A stretch of 64,000 nucleotides of DNA from Epiperipatus broadwayi (lineage: Eukaryota > Animalia > Onychophora), in assembly GCA_028023455.1 (NCBI GenBank), contig JAQFVV010000009.1, positions 14,384,001-14,448,000 on the forward strand, given 5' to 3'. The notes under the pieces are model-generated. The model had not been told where the DNA came from. It did no database searches and was given only the letters and a program-made list of their open reading frames with translations. This document shows, piece after piece, positions 26,774-40,824 of this stretch. The position numbers and the translations under genes were made by a program. Within the stretch, counting starts at the first letter, position 1. The number at the start of each line of letters is the position of its first letter.

Positions 26774-27044
26774 GAAAACTATAAGCATGACATTTACAAA
26801 AATCTCAGCATTCTCTGCTGTTTGAATTGCTTTTTGAAATGGTATATTGCATGTTAAAATTGGACAAAATTTGAATTTTTATATTAATATTTTTATTAAC
26901 AGGCTCATTTAATTTTTTTCTTTTCTCCTCAGTTTACTAGATTTCATAAAGAAGACAAAGGCACAATTCTTATATCAGCAAGACTCTATAGGAAAATGGA
27001 TTAAAGATATCTTGATGATTCAAGGCCTTCATCCCAATAAAAAT
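26774..27044 (+). CDS. candidate host-gene exons (26774-26841 and 26933-27044), product unknown
   Basis: AG/GT boundaries with pyrimidine tracts and a phase-compatible 91-bp intron give ENYKHDIYKNLSILCCLNCFLKCLLDFIKKTKAQFLYQQDSIGKWIKDILMIQGLHPNKN. An upstream CAG|GTAAGT donor at 26637 is in frame. No homologue recognised. Confidence 0.38.
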
Positions 27045-27058
27045 GTAATATCATAATT

Positions 27059-27449
27059 ATTCAATTTTAGTTTTTTATTTTATTTTCATAGTATTTTAAA
27101 TTTTTCTATTATTTGCATAGTATTATTTTATAAATTATAATTTATTAACGTGTTTGTGTTTGTATTAGTGTATATAGTATATAAATTATACTTCTATTCA
27201 AATATAATATAGTGGTTTATGTACAATGTAATTTGGGGGCTCATAAATATTCGATTTTAATTTTTTATTTTATTTTCATAGTATTTTAAATTTTTCTATT
27301 ATTTGCATGACATTATTTTAAGTTTTCTTATTACTTGACAAATTATAATTTATTAATGTGTTTGCATTTGTATTACTGTGTTTAGTGTATAAATTATATT
27401 AGTAGTCAAATATAACATAGTGGTTTATGTACAATATAATTTTGGGGCT
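27059..27449. repeat. ~190-bp tandem duplication
   Basis: ttttattttattttcatagtattttaaatttttctattatttgcat...gtggtttatgtacaat..aattt.ggggctc is present twice. Confidence 0.85.
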
Positions 27450-27787
27450 CTGATCCAAGTTTGAGAAAAACCTTATTTTATAGACATAATGATTGTCAAA
27501 AGGTTCAATAATTTATTAGTTTTTTGTGTTTGAACTTGTATATCTGTGTTTGTATAACAAGTAATATTTTATGTATAAAATTAAGGTTTTATAGAGCAGT
27601 GCAATGTAAATTTTAAGACTGATTAACAGATATACAAAAAGGTTGCAATTGATAAAGCAATCACAAAATCTATTGGGCATAGTACCATGTGAAAATATAA
27701 ACTCTTAAAACCAATAAAGAGAGGTTTCACATGGTGTGTGTGGTGAAAGCCACAATGGCTATGTATACCACATAGAATTGTATACAG

Positions 27788-28179
27788 AAATCACTAAACA
27801 TCATATGATCACTATTTCTTATGCTTGGTCATAAGTGTTATAAAATAGGCAAAACTTTCCATAAAGTAGTGCCACTCACTGCAAGCTAGAGTAATCAATG
27901 GGTTGAAATATTACTGTGTTTTCAATTTTAAACTCATAATTTTGTAGTTAAGTAGAAATAAAAGGTGGCTGCTAGGGTGTTGTATTAGATCCTAAGATCT
28001 AGGTGAGTGCTCTCAGATCCAAGGCTCCTCACTGACAAAGTCTACAAGTCAGAAACTAGTCTGGGGATATTAAATGAGTAGGCATTAGATAGGGATTTTA
28101 TGCACAAGCCTTCTGGCATCCATTGATTACTTTGGCTTGCACTGAGTGGCACTACTATATGAAGAGTTTTGTCAGTTTT
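27788..28179. mobile_element. family A locus A3 (short reverse arm plus forward partial)
   Basis: Orientation flips near 27900; flanking aattgtatacag / aattgtatgcag (27776-27787, 28180-28191); decayed hammerhead at about 28026-28067. Confidence 0.82.
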
Positions 28180-28984
28180 AATTGTATGCAGGCAAATAAT
28201 CAAATCCTGATTCTTGCCTATGCTATTGTATTCATGCTGTGGAGTCCATAGTTTTGCTGCATCTTGCATCATATTATTTTCAAGTCTATAGCTAGCAAAT
28301 GAGTTATATGTAAGTAAATTATATCTCAGTGGAACCATAAATATAACAAGATAGCATCACTGGTGTGCACAAAGAATATTAGCATCACTGGTGTACACAA
28401 AAATATATAATGAAGAGACAAAACTCATTTTATTATTGATACAGACAGTAGTCTTCAATTTCTAGTTTTGGATAGACAAGAAGCCAATTGCTATGATGAC
28501 AAATGCATATTCATCTTTTGGTTGTATCTTTTATTAGGATGAATCTTTATCTTATAGATGCCTTGAGATTTGTTAACTTTTGGGATACAAGATAAAAATG
28601 GAGAATTTTTATGTGACTATTTTTGGAGATTCTGAACTTATGGATTATCTCAGGTAAGAAAAATTATATGTAGTTTGAATGAGAATTTTGTGAAGAATAC
28701 AACAAAATTATCAATGAAGATATAATTTAAACTTAATTAATGTTAAATTAGAAATTATGAACAAGCAATAAAGTAATAATTATTTCAGATATTGAAACTT
28801 CTTTTTTTCTTTACTTTTTTAATGATAATCACTATTTGTCTTAGCCTTATTGTTTTCCTTAATTTTTCTAATTTCTATCAATGTAAAACTTTTTGCTCTA
28901 TTATGAAAACTGAAGTTATTGTGAAAATTGTGTCCCAAGTCAGTTTTTTAAAAATTCAATATGGTGCCTAGGCCTATGATATAG
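28180..28984. mobile_element. partial older copy of the non-autonomous element at 60965-62664
   Basis: Colinear with about 61850-62664 (ttattttcaagtctatag, gatagcatcact, aaactcatttta, ggattatctcaggtaag, ttcaatatgg). Confidence 0.8.
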
Positions 28985-29699
28985 TTGATATATTAATCTA
29001 AGTGTAATATTATTGATGAAAAGGAATATGGAAGAAATATTGAGTAATATGAACAATTATACTAAGGAATTATTCACTATAGTAATGATAAAAATGAAAT
29101 AAAAATTTAAAACTAAATAAATAAGATTCATCACAGCCATTTTATTACTGACATTAACCATAATTTTTTTGATATACTTGTTCTGGTTCATAGCCTTCTT
29201 GACATAATTGTTCAGACAAATTTACATATTAATCAAAAATCTTTGTCGCTAAAAGAAAAAAATAAAACATATTTTCAAAGTTATATTAAGCAAATTATAT
29301 ATATTAAATAATTAAGTAAAATTCTTACAATACTACTTTTTTTAATTTATTACCATTTTTTTTAGCTAAAAATATTTTTAATATTCAATTTTTTTTAAGA
29401 GACATCCACACACACATACATACGATATAACTATACATCATAATCTACACCATACACCACTAACAGAAGAAAAGATAAAGTCAATATGCAAGTTATGTGC
29501 TTTTATATAAAGGCATATTAAATCCTATTTTGGTAGGATGGCTTATTTTATTCTTCTTCAAGATGAATATCTCATTTCTGATAGCCCAAAAATTCTTCTT
29601 TCATTTATTTTCATGCTTCAGATCAATATATTTTCATCAGGTTATTTAAGTATCAATCATTTCTTTGGTAAGTATTTGACTTATTACTTATTACTTTCT

Positions 29700-32600
29700 C
29701 ATAGCATTTATTTGTTATATCCTCTTAATTTTTTTTGCTTAAATGGGTAATAGCTTCTTTTTTCTCATAATTATGAAAGTTTTATCCTTAATTCATGGAT
29801 TTTATCTTTTATTATCTTAATCAGATCTTTCAGAGCTTTAAGATCCTAACAATAGAATTTTATTTTATCCTTTCTCTGGTACAAAAGTCATTACTTTCCA
29901 ATTTTTTTTCTATTTTAAAAAGTCTGTCATATAAAAGAAAATGTACAACCTTCTAATGAAAACTTAAGTTTAATATTTTTGTCTCATTTATTATATTGCT
30001 TATTTTTATGTTGTAAGATTGACTTAGCACTTACCTGGTCATTTTTTATACTTAACTCTGGTGATACATGAAATAATTCATTCAGCACAAGTAAACATCA
30101 CATGCTTGCAAAAAATAGACTGGCATTTCTAGTAAAAATCAGAACATGTTTAGTCCATTAAAAAAGAATAATGCTCCTCAATCAGATAAAATTGATTTAG
30201 GTTTTATAATCTTTGGAATTTGATTCTCCAACACTTGAATTTTAGTTTTAGCATCACCTTGCAAATTATTTTTGCAATAACATGTTCTGAAAATATATTG
30301 TGCTTTCCAACTAGATACTTATATCTATTAAATGATAGTAATGAATCATAAACATTAATAGCCAACAATTTCTTTGTTTTCATTGGTATGATGGGATAGA
30401 TCTGTCCAGCATATGCCTTATTTTGATGTTTTATTTTGAGACATATTTTACATTTGGACTACCTTAACATCACTAGCAAACATCTTAGGCTAACACAATA
30501 GCTTAAGTATTACCACTTCTACCTTTCTTAAGCCACGGAGATCCTATAAACTATGTAATATCAGTCTTCTCTGCATAAATGAAAGCATCAACACCTACCA
30601 TAATATTAATATTATACATTAAGATATAATTTGGCAATTGATAATCAGATTACACTTAAAAATTGTTAATTATAATTTGGGTGAATCTTAGATAATTTTT
30701 CATTGTAAAAATGATTTTAATTTCTTTTAATATTCTTCCTACTAATGGAGGTGATCAAACTCTAGCAGCTTCTATAACATCATCAACATGTTGGTTAACT
30801 AGTTGAATAAAAATGTGTCTCAGAATATCAACCATAACATTTTTTACTAAATAATAGAGAATGAAGTGATCAAACTGTTGTAAAAAGTAACATTCAACTG
30901 ATAAGATTTAAATAGCTTGTATTTAAAAATTCAAGATTCTAATTTAAATTGAACAGAAACTGGCTAATTTTGGAAAGCCTGCACAATAGCAAAGATATTT
31001 CTTTCTTTATGGTATAGTTTAATTTCAATTTTCTTAGAATCTTACTCACAAAATATAGAAATTTCAGTGATTTCTCAATATTGTGTATAAACACCATCAT
31101 ACTCAATTTTATATTTACTGTTGTCTGTTAGTCTGTTTATAGAAAAAGTGATGAAGTATAGATAAGTTAACACAATATCTTCTGTAAATTTTATTTTTAA
31201 ACCACTAAACATCACATGATCACCATCTCTTATGCTAGCACATAACTGTTATTAAACAGGCAAAACTCTTCATAAAGTAGTGCCACCCTGTGCCAACCAG
31301 AGTAATCAATGGATGCCAGAAGGCTTGTGCATAAAATTCCCATCTGGTGCCTACTCATCGAACACCCCCAGACTAGTTTCTGGCTTGTGGTCTTCGTCAT
31401 GTGCTAGCATAAGAGATGGTGATCATGTGATGTTTAATGGTTTAACACCAATTCTGCCTAATAGGATAGTGGTGGATATGGTTGTTAAAGAGCCAAAGAC
31501 ACCAAAATGTATGGGTGCTGAACTGAGTTTAGATCCATATGACTATATAAGCTATTGAGCTTAGATTGAAAATATTATTGTGTTTTCAATTTCATTCTCA
31601 TAGTTTTGTAGTTAAGTAGAGATAAAAGATGGCTGATGGAGGGTTGCATTAGATCCTAAGATCTAGGTGCAGTGCTCTCAGATCCAAGGCTCCTCACTGA
31701 TTAAGGCCACAAGCCAGAAACTAGTCTGGGGATGTTGGATGAGTAGGCACTAGATGGGTATTTTGTGCACAAGCCTTCTGGCATCCATTTATTACTCTGG
31801 TTGGCACAGGGTGGCACTACTCTATGAAGAGTTTTGCCTGTTTAAATTTATTTTTCTTGAAACTCATTTTATTGCTGATTGCTATATATTGATTAGTGTT
31901 TTTTCTTTAAGGGATATAATTAATATTTGATTCTAGTAGTAAAATTTATCTAGAACTTTATGATAAAAATTACACAAATATAAGAATGATCATAAATTGT
32001 TAGTGAAAGCTTGGTGATGAAAAGATGTTTTGTTTTGGAAACACAAAAGAAAATCAGATGATTAAATACCATCTAGAAAGGATTGTGATCTCCAGGAATT
32101 AGTGATTTTAATATTTTTTGAACAATTTCTTGAAAAAAAACTACAAAAATTTATAATGCACCTTGAAATAATTTGATACCATAACAACTTTATCACATAT
32201 GTCTTAGTTGGGGTCATAATTTTATCAAGACTCATTTCCAATAAATCTGAAAGGCATTCTCTTAAAATGAAATGAATATCAGCATATCAGGGAGTTTATT
32301 TTGTATCATCAAGATACAAAAGCAATTTGCCACTAACTAGATGTTATGTCCAAATTGGTATTTTTTATTGAATTTAAAAAATAATTCATTAATGTTGGGA
32401 GAAATATTTCTATCCAATATAATATTTTTATTCAGACATCTTGTAACTAGTATACCTTGTCAGAGCCCATTTTTATTTTTCATTGCAACAAGTGCATTTA
32501 TAAATTCTTCATTATTATTTTATTTAGCCACTTCTCAACCTGTTTTATACTGATCAAGAATAGGATATGAGTTAACTTTGACAAGTTACATTATCTCTGG

Positions 32601-32750
32601 TTGATTTGAGATAAATTATTGTACTTATCTAATAGCTGTATAAACAATTATTAATTTTTCTTTCTAAAATATATGTAACCATCAATTTTGGATACAGTTT
32701 TAATAGGATTCACAACAACTTTTCCAAAATAAACCTCTCTCTTTCCCCAT
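29700..32750 (-). pseudogene. decayed Gypsy pol remnant (RT and integrase), interrupted by locus A4
   Basis: ILDRNISPNINELFFKFNKK, DITSS*WQI and FHFKRMPF (about 32250-32430) parallel the RT of the intact element. AGQIYPIIPMKTKKLLAINVY..YKYLV and PKSILSD*GALF (about 30170-30430) parallel its integrase. Boundaries are approximate. Confidence 0.72.
31199..31842. mobile_element. family A locus A4 (reverse arm 31199-31398 plus nearly full forward monomer)
   Basis: The reverse arm breaks inside the hammerhead core. The forward copy carries CTGATTA (G8 mutated) at 31697. Flanking taaattttattttt / taaatttattttt differ by a one-base indel. Confidence 0.87.
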
Positions 32751-33156
32751 ACAAATCATTTTCAGACTTTTGTATGATTATCTCATACATAAGCTCAAAT
32801 ATGGTAAAAATACATTTTTCTATCTGAATCTAAAACATGGTTCATATTTGTTTGGATACCAAATTTGGATTTATTTATTAGTTAATCCTATTCATGTTAT
32901 TTTAAATATAATGATAGTGTTAGACTTTCTCAATAAACAGGAGAATAACATTTTTAAAGTGAAAAAAATCTGATTTCCAAAATCAATTAGTGCTTTAACT
33001 GGGAATGTCTTCAAACTATAAATCCTCAACTTAGCTAAATTTTATCAGTGTATATTTTATCTTTCTATATTCATATTTGATAGAAAATTCATTGTGTTAA
33101 GTGATTTTCTATGTTTTTCAATTCTAAGAATGAGGATTTTTCTATAATTTTTTATC

Positions 33157-34138
<982 letters not shown>

Positions 34139-36799
34139 ATTGAGTGGATGTACAACAAATCTTGTTTTTTTTTAGCTATAGTTTTTCTTATATAAGTTAT
34201 TTTTGTTAATAGCATATTGGCATTATAGTAACAATAGCTTCTGCATTCTGTTGATACAAGGTCCTTCACTTTGCAGTGAGCTCATATCTCATATCCAGTA
34301 TGCGTAGTAGTTCTTCTATAAAATGTGTATTGTCAGATCTAATATGTTTCATTGGCAAGTTACATATCATGATATATATGATCTAGTTCTATAAATATGG
34401 GGGGGGTGAGAGTTTTTACCTATGACATTGTCTTCTAATAAACTTTTTAGGACACCTAATATCAAACTCCAACTCACTCCACAAATTATTAATGACTATC
34501 TATCTGTAGTTTTTGTAAACTGATAAAATATGGAACAGTGAGATCTATCAGTAGCAGACTATAACTTTTAGATGATTGTATGCTGAATGATTTTTTTTTC
34601 TTTATTTAGTTAATTTGATGAAAAATACCAAAAAATTCATCCCTAATGTTTTTATGATGATAATGTTTATTTCATTATTAACCTTTATTGTTTTATTTAG
34701 TTCTGAAAATAGAACTGATATTTGCTTCTCTATGATGCTTGTATTCTTACACCACTGTTTTTATTTTTCTACAGCCTCATTTATTTGACTTTCAATCTGC
34801 TGTCCATTTTTTTCTTATTTGGGAAATTTTCTTTTGATTTCCTTTGCATGTTTTCAATTTCTCTTCTATCAGTTCACTTTTTTAATCTTCTTTTAATTCT
34901 TGCTTAATTTTTTTTTTCTAATTTGTTTTGCAGCCTTTTTTTTATTTTTGCAAATATTACTCTTATCTTCTTTTAATCTTATTTTATTTTAACACTTTTT
35001 TGTTTTAATTTCTCCTTTATTTCAATATTTTTTTGCTTTAACCCTTCCTTCACATTAATATTTCTTTTTTCAATTTTTTTTCATTTTAATATATATTTTT
35101 AATTTTTACATTATTTTTCTGAACATTAGTAGCCACTGTGGTATTATAGATTGAGCAACTCATTAGAGTTCAATTGATTTTAGTGATTGCTTTTTAGTGC
35201 TCTTTTCTAGGTGACAAACTTCAATCTCTGCATTAATTTTATTGTTATATACTGTAGTTATATCAATTTTTGAACCACCATTATCTATTTTTCCACAGAT
35301 TTTTGTAACAATTTGATTTTCATCCATGATGTCCTTATTAAATGCTTTTGCCCTGAAGTATATAATTTTTTGTTTATTGTATATTATATATAAAAAAAAT
35401 CAATTCTTCTCTTACGTACTCTTTTCTCTGCATTTTATTCTATATCAGTTTTACAAGAATGTAGTAATTTTATATTTCATTCAAATGCGCTTTATAAACA
35501 TTTTGATGCCTCATTAAAGAAGGGAACTCAATATACTTATTAGCTTTATCGACCGCCAATTATATAACAGTATATATAATGATTTTTCTACAAGTTAATA
35601 AATAAATTATGTAAACATAGACAGCGACTTATTTGCACAGTGTTAAATTAGTTGAATGATCCTCTTGATTTCTGGTTTGAAATAAATTGTTATTGCTGGT
35701 TATTTTGTTATTTTGCAGATATCTTGTACTTTGTTTAAATTTTTATATGAAATAATGATTTTAAAATTGCAATCTTCTACTTAAAGTGATTAGTATTAAC
35801 TTTCATTTATTTTATAATTCTAATAAAAAAAATTGTAATAAAAACTGAAACTTAATATTTTAATTATATTTTTAAGCTCTAAATCATATGCAAAATACCT
35901 AATTAATTACGTGAGCCTTCTTACAAAAATGTCTAGAATTACAGGAAAATGTAGATGTTATCTATAATTTCCTGTAAATATAATTTCAAAACTATAAATT
36001 TCTAGTTGTTTGTTGAAGATAATTTTATGGTCTAAAAATTGATAGTTATTATTATAAGAATTGTAAAGCTCTGGATATTTTTACAATAATAACAGTACCC
36101 CAATCTTGCAAATTGATTCCCAGATGAAAAAAAGAAACTCTTTAATCAAATAATTATATATTATTGATTCAATTCACTATTTCTCATTATTATTTTTAAG
36201 ATTAAAAATTATTAAATTTCTTTAACCCAGATATATGTTTTAATATATTAAAGATTAAGTATATTTGTTAATACTTGTTAAAACCATTTTTTCATCTACA
36301 CATTTAATCTTTACACTTCTTTTTATTTTGTGCCAATTTTTTTATATTACATTTACATTACTTGCTTTAAACATATGACTACATGTTAATAGATATGATG
36401 ACCGGGTTGAAGTGATGAGTGAGACATAAGTTCATGTTGAAATGTATCTTAGAAATCATTTAATATTTTTTTTGTCTATAACCATATATATAAAACAATA
36501 TGGATATGAATTGTGTTAATTGAAAAAATATATAAAAACTGGCACACTAATAAAATAAGAGGTAATTATATAGATTAAGAAGTTGTTATGCATTAACTAA
36601 TATTAATATACTAACCCTTTAATTAATTAATGTACTATACACATGCAAGATAAAGAATATAATTTTTAACCTTAAAAGTAAATGTTAATTATTAACAATA
36701 AAAATGTTTAAAATTAGCAATTATCTATGAAGGCATGTTAATAAAGTGATGCTTGAAAATTGAATCAGTATAATTATTATTAGATAAATTGAGTATTAA

Positions 36800-36960
36800 A
36801 CCTGCAACGTAGGGGGGAAGGAAGATAGGACCTTTTCACACCCACAATTAATGTGAGATGTCACGATGACGTCATATTGGAAAAGTCCTACAATCGTGAC
36901 GTCACGGTTGACGTCATATTGGACATTTTTATTTTTGGAGCGAAAATTATAGCTACATGT
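36800..36960. promoter_or_regulatory. CpG-rich patch with three TGACGTCA (CRE-type) palindromes
   Basis: TGACGTCA at 36867-36874, 36897-36904 and 36909-36916; two are followed by TATTGG. Function or TE origin undetermined. Confidence 0.4.
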
Positions 36961-38129
36961 TTAAAACAATAATATAAGCATGAGAATTGTATTATTTAAA
37001 ATAGTATATTAGTAATGAAATTGTTATTCTTAACTTATTAAAATATCACGTGACTGCCAGACAACTGATATAAAAATAAATAAAAATCTTAATGTACATA
37101 CATTTTCCTTTATCAAATTATCTCGTAAAATATTGCTTATCTTTTATAACAATTAAAAAAAGTCGAGTTCAATTAAGCTTTATGTATATGTATATTCTCA
37201 GAATTTTTTGGATCTGATATAAGTTTTAAGGCATAAAATCAACTTGCAATCAAAATTTATTTTTTCAAATTTGTTGTCGTTGTTTTTCTGCATTAATAAT
37301 TTAAATAATCATTAAAAGTATCAGTTGTTTCAAATACACAGAATTTAATTTAACGAGTTGAAGAAATCAATAAAACGAATATAATTTGCATCATAAAAAA
37401 ATGAATTTTAAAATCTAATAAGATCAACTTTTCACTCTATGCCAAATATAATTAGATTGGAAAATATGCAGAAAAAAATTTAAATTGTTATCATTATGTT
37501 AAAGATTAGTGAACCAGAAATAGTTATATTATTTTTAAAACAATTAGAAATTTAAAATTATATAACATTGATAACTTTTAAATTAGCAATTACAGAAATT
37601 ATAGACAGTCATTAGATCTACGTTGGATGATTAACTGAATAAAATACTATCATAAAATTTTTTAATGATAGTAAGGTGAGCGAATACGAAAAGAGGCAGA
37701 CTGGCTGGCTGTAAATAATATTTAGTAAGCTTAAAATTTTAGTCAAAAAAAGATTTGTGATTATAATTATTATTTAACAAGTTTAAAGCAGCATCTAAAT
37801 AGTTTTAAAAAATCAATAAAAGCAATTTTATTAAAGTAGAATAATGAAAAGATTTTTAAATGTATAATAATAGTTTTAATCATTAATGAAATTACATAGA
37901 GCCGTTAGTTACTTGAGAGTCATGTGATATTTGAGACCTCTAATGTCAACTGGAGAACAAGAGTTGATTTAACTCAATGTGTTTGAGATTTCACTTCTAG
38001 AAATTTTTACTTCCGAGTCTACTAGTTTTAAAGCATGCTGAACTATGTAGAGCAAAAATAATCAACTGCTAATTGCTTAGGATGTCAACCTGATATTGAT
38101 GCATCAGAAGTGGCAGAGCTGTAATTCAG

Positions 38130-38228
38130 GAACCAGGTCATCGCACTCGCCTTGCAAACAAGTAGTTGGTTGCAAACGGGTGTGGGTTCACGTCCCGGCC
38201 GATGCTATGACATATGAGAAAAATAAAA
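38130..38228 (+). mobile_element. tRNA-derived SINE, second subfamily
   Basis: caagtagttggttgca.acgggtgtgggttcacgtcccggc.gatgctatgacat is nearly identical to 46390-46445; A-rich tail. Confidence 0.75.
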
Positions 38229-39002
38229 CTCTCAAATCAACCACGTTCTTACATGGTCAGATTAAAATGATAAGAAATGTCAATTTCGCCACCATCCATG
38301 ACTAAGTGTCATTATTTGATCTTAATAAATAATTGACCAGTTAGCTAAGCATTCCACCAAGCAAAAAATAGCTTTAAAACATTCACTGATATTCTCTCAC
38401 ACTTTTATATAGGCATTGAACAGTCAATGGGTAATAAATAATACTGTAGTCCATCCGTACAGACTTTTATATCATTGTTTTTATAGGGTGGAAAAACAAA
38501 AATAATGTACATTTTATGGCTTTTATTATTTTACTACACTATTCAAGTAAGTCACGTAAAAGTTTCTCACAATAAGGTACTAACTCTAAGCTACTTATCT
38601 GCTCATCATAAAGAGTAAAAAAATAATGGATAGATATAAATCTTTGAGAATCATTTTTCTCATTTAGTAAAAACCAACTATCCAACAAACAGTTTTGAAA
38701 ATCTGTAATCATAATCAAAAACTAACTGGAACTTATATGCAGTGACTCTGCATGAAAAGAATGATCACCATTATCTAATAAAGTAATTTCATAACTTTAA
38801 ATTTTTATTTATTTATTCTTATCATAAAATAACTTTTAAATATTACTTTTTTAATAAGTAACATAGTGTGTGCTATTTATTAATGTTCTCACCATTACTT
38901 ACCCATTTATAATAAAACTCATTTGCTTATTTCCTTTTTTTTTTGTAGTATTAGAAATGTTTTGAATGTTCTTGCTAATTATATTTACCATTGTCAAACT
39001 TA

Positions 39003-39170
39003 CTCCACTCACAACTTTGACACCATCCAATCAGATATATCAATCTTTAACTGAGGTTTAAAGTTTATATCTGTGCTAGAGATAATCTCTAGTTTAAAAA
39101 ATAATTAGTAATAATCATTATTGTATTTATCTGAGGTAGATGGTGTTAAAGTCGTGAATGGAGTGAGTAC
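39003..39170. repeat. degenerate foldback
   Basis: actccactcacaactttgacaccatc versus the reverse complement of gatggtgttaaagtcgtgaatggagt. Confidence 0.65.
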
Positions 39171-39214
39171 TCTTCATATAATAGAGATATATATATGGGA
39201 GATGGTGACCTGGG

Positions 39215-39255
39215 TCAACTGATGATTGCTGGTTCAGCATGAAATGCATCTTGGG
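39215..39255 (+). ncRNA. minimal type-I hammerhead motif (family C, copy C4)
   Basis: TCAA-CTGATGA-TTGC-TGGTTCA-GCAT-GAAA-TGCAT-C-TTGG. Stem III is the palindrome ATGCAT, consistent with CpG decay of ACGCGT. Confidence 0.68.
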
Positions 39256-39394
39256 TGTCATTTGTCTTTTATTGTATCTTTATTTATATGAATTTTAAAA
39301 AAATGGAAAAGTATGGAGATTGTTTAATATATCTAATTATATTTGTGAAATAAATTAATAAAAAAATAATTTTTCAATCGTATTTTTAATTGTA

Positions 39395-40316
39395 CACCTG
39401 AGTCTCATTTTACGCGATAGATAGGTTCCTCAGAAAACGCGCGCAAACGAAATTGCGCAAAAGTAGATGTAACTTACATTGAAAAAGGGAGGATGCAGTC
39501 TGTGATTTTTCAAAATTCGCGTAAAAGCAAAGCACCAACATAAAATTACTTTAAAATTCGCGCGCAAAAAAAATAAGGAAATAAAATATGACTAATAAAA
39601 AATTTCAAATTTGAAAAAAATTGATACAAGACAAAATTTTTTTAACTATAATATTTAATTTTATTCAAAACAATATATTTTTATGAATAATTTACAGTAA
39701 TTTATATTTTTTATACATGTTTTAATTATTATCACTATTTGCTGGTAAACAGGTTCGTTTGCAAACTGATAAAAAAAATCAGATTCTTCACAAGATGAAA
39801 TACAACTAGCGCCAATGTCACTCTCATGTTGTGTTAATTAATGGTTTTCTGGTGACAATGTAATTAGTAATTAATCTAACAACTAAAAATTAAATTCTTA
39901 TTTTTGTCTTTAATTATGAATTTTAATTGTGCCCACTGCTATTACGTTCTTTTTTAAAAAGCAAAAACAGAATGTGATTTAAAATGCAAAATTAACACGC
40001 ACAATGTTTGAACAAATTTACATTATAATCTTGTAAAATTTAATGTGTGTATACATAAAATGTGGAAATCATGATTTTAATTTCATTATTGCATAAAATC
40101 TTACTATTATAAAGCACTGAAAATATTGAAATTACTAACATGAAAGTCGAATTCCAATAGTAATGTGCTATTGCAATACTTTCAATATAATGTTAAGTGC
40201 ACAAAATTTATTATTTAAAGTAATAGCGTATTATCGGATGTCAACTTCCGGTGAAACCTGAATCGCGTAACTTCAAAATCGTGTTAAATAAGTCCGCGTA
40301 AAAAGAGACCCAGGAG
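39395..40316. mobile_element. Tc1/mariner-pogo-type non-autonomous element (MITE)
   Basis: TA|CACCTGAGTCTCATTTTACGCG ... CGCGTAAAAGAGACCCAGGAG|TA; about 22-bp imperfect TIRs, TA TSD, CpGs retained, no ORF. Confidence 0.85.
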
Positions 40317-40824
40317 TATATGCATATTAATATAAAAGATATCCAAATGGATGTAATGAATATAGTTGTACCATAACTGATTATACCCAATTATTAAAGA
40401 AGTCATTGAAAGAATCAATGGATATGAGCTGCTGTTTGCATTGTATTTGTAAATAATGAAAAGAATTTGAATCTATAAGTATTTCTGCCTTGATTAAATC
40501 TTTTTAATATCATGATTTAGATTTAAAATGATTCTGTCTTAATCAACCTGGTTACAACGTTTTTATATAAAATAGTTATGGATTGAAGTATAAAGTAAAA
40601 AGAATAAAATTCAGATAATAGAATAAAAAGTAGGACTTAAAATAAATGATAAAAATTCTAAAGTAATGTTCAATTGCTTTTTTGTAAAAAACAAAGATAG
40701 ATTCTTATCAAAAACAGGTTTATTCAACTATGTTTACAATAAAGAAAAAATTATAAAATAACATTAAATTTGGCAATACATTTATAAACCATTAAATAAC
40801 TTGATGTCCAATATTAATAAAATT

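Noticed and set aside
29537-29667. Plus-strand exon candidate with a GTAAGT donor
   Set aside because: It adjoins the decayed minus-strand Gypsy remnant and is not phase-compatible with the 27044 donor without an unseen exon.
31280-31558. Similar short ORFs at 9335, 28042 and 31280 suggesting a gene family
   Set aside because: They are translations of family A repeats. The 31280 ORF crosses an inversion junction, and no GIY-YIG or other domain is recognisable.
34700-35500. Lys/Glu-rich minus-strand coding-like remnant
   Set aside because: Possibly old gag or ORF1, but too many stops and no diagnostic motif to call.
36405-36450. Hammerhead-like GTGATGAGTGA...GAAATGTATC
   Set aside because: C3 is missing, stem I is not formed, there are extra bases before GAAA, and there is no second copy.
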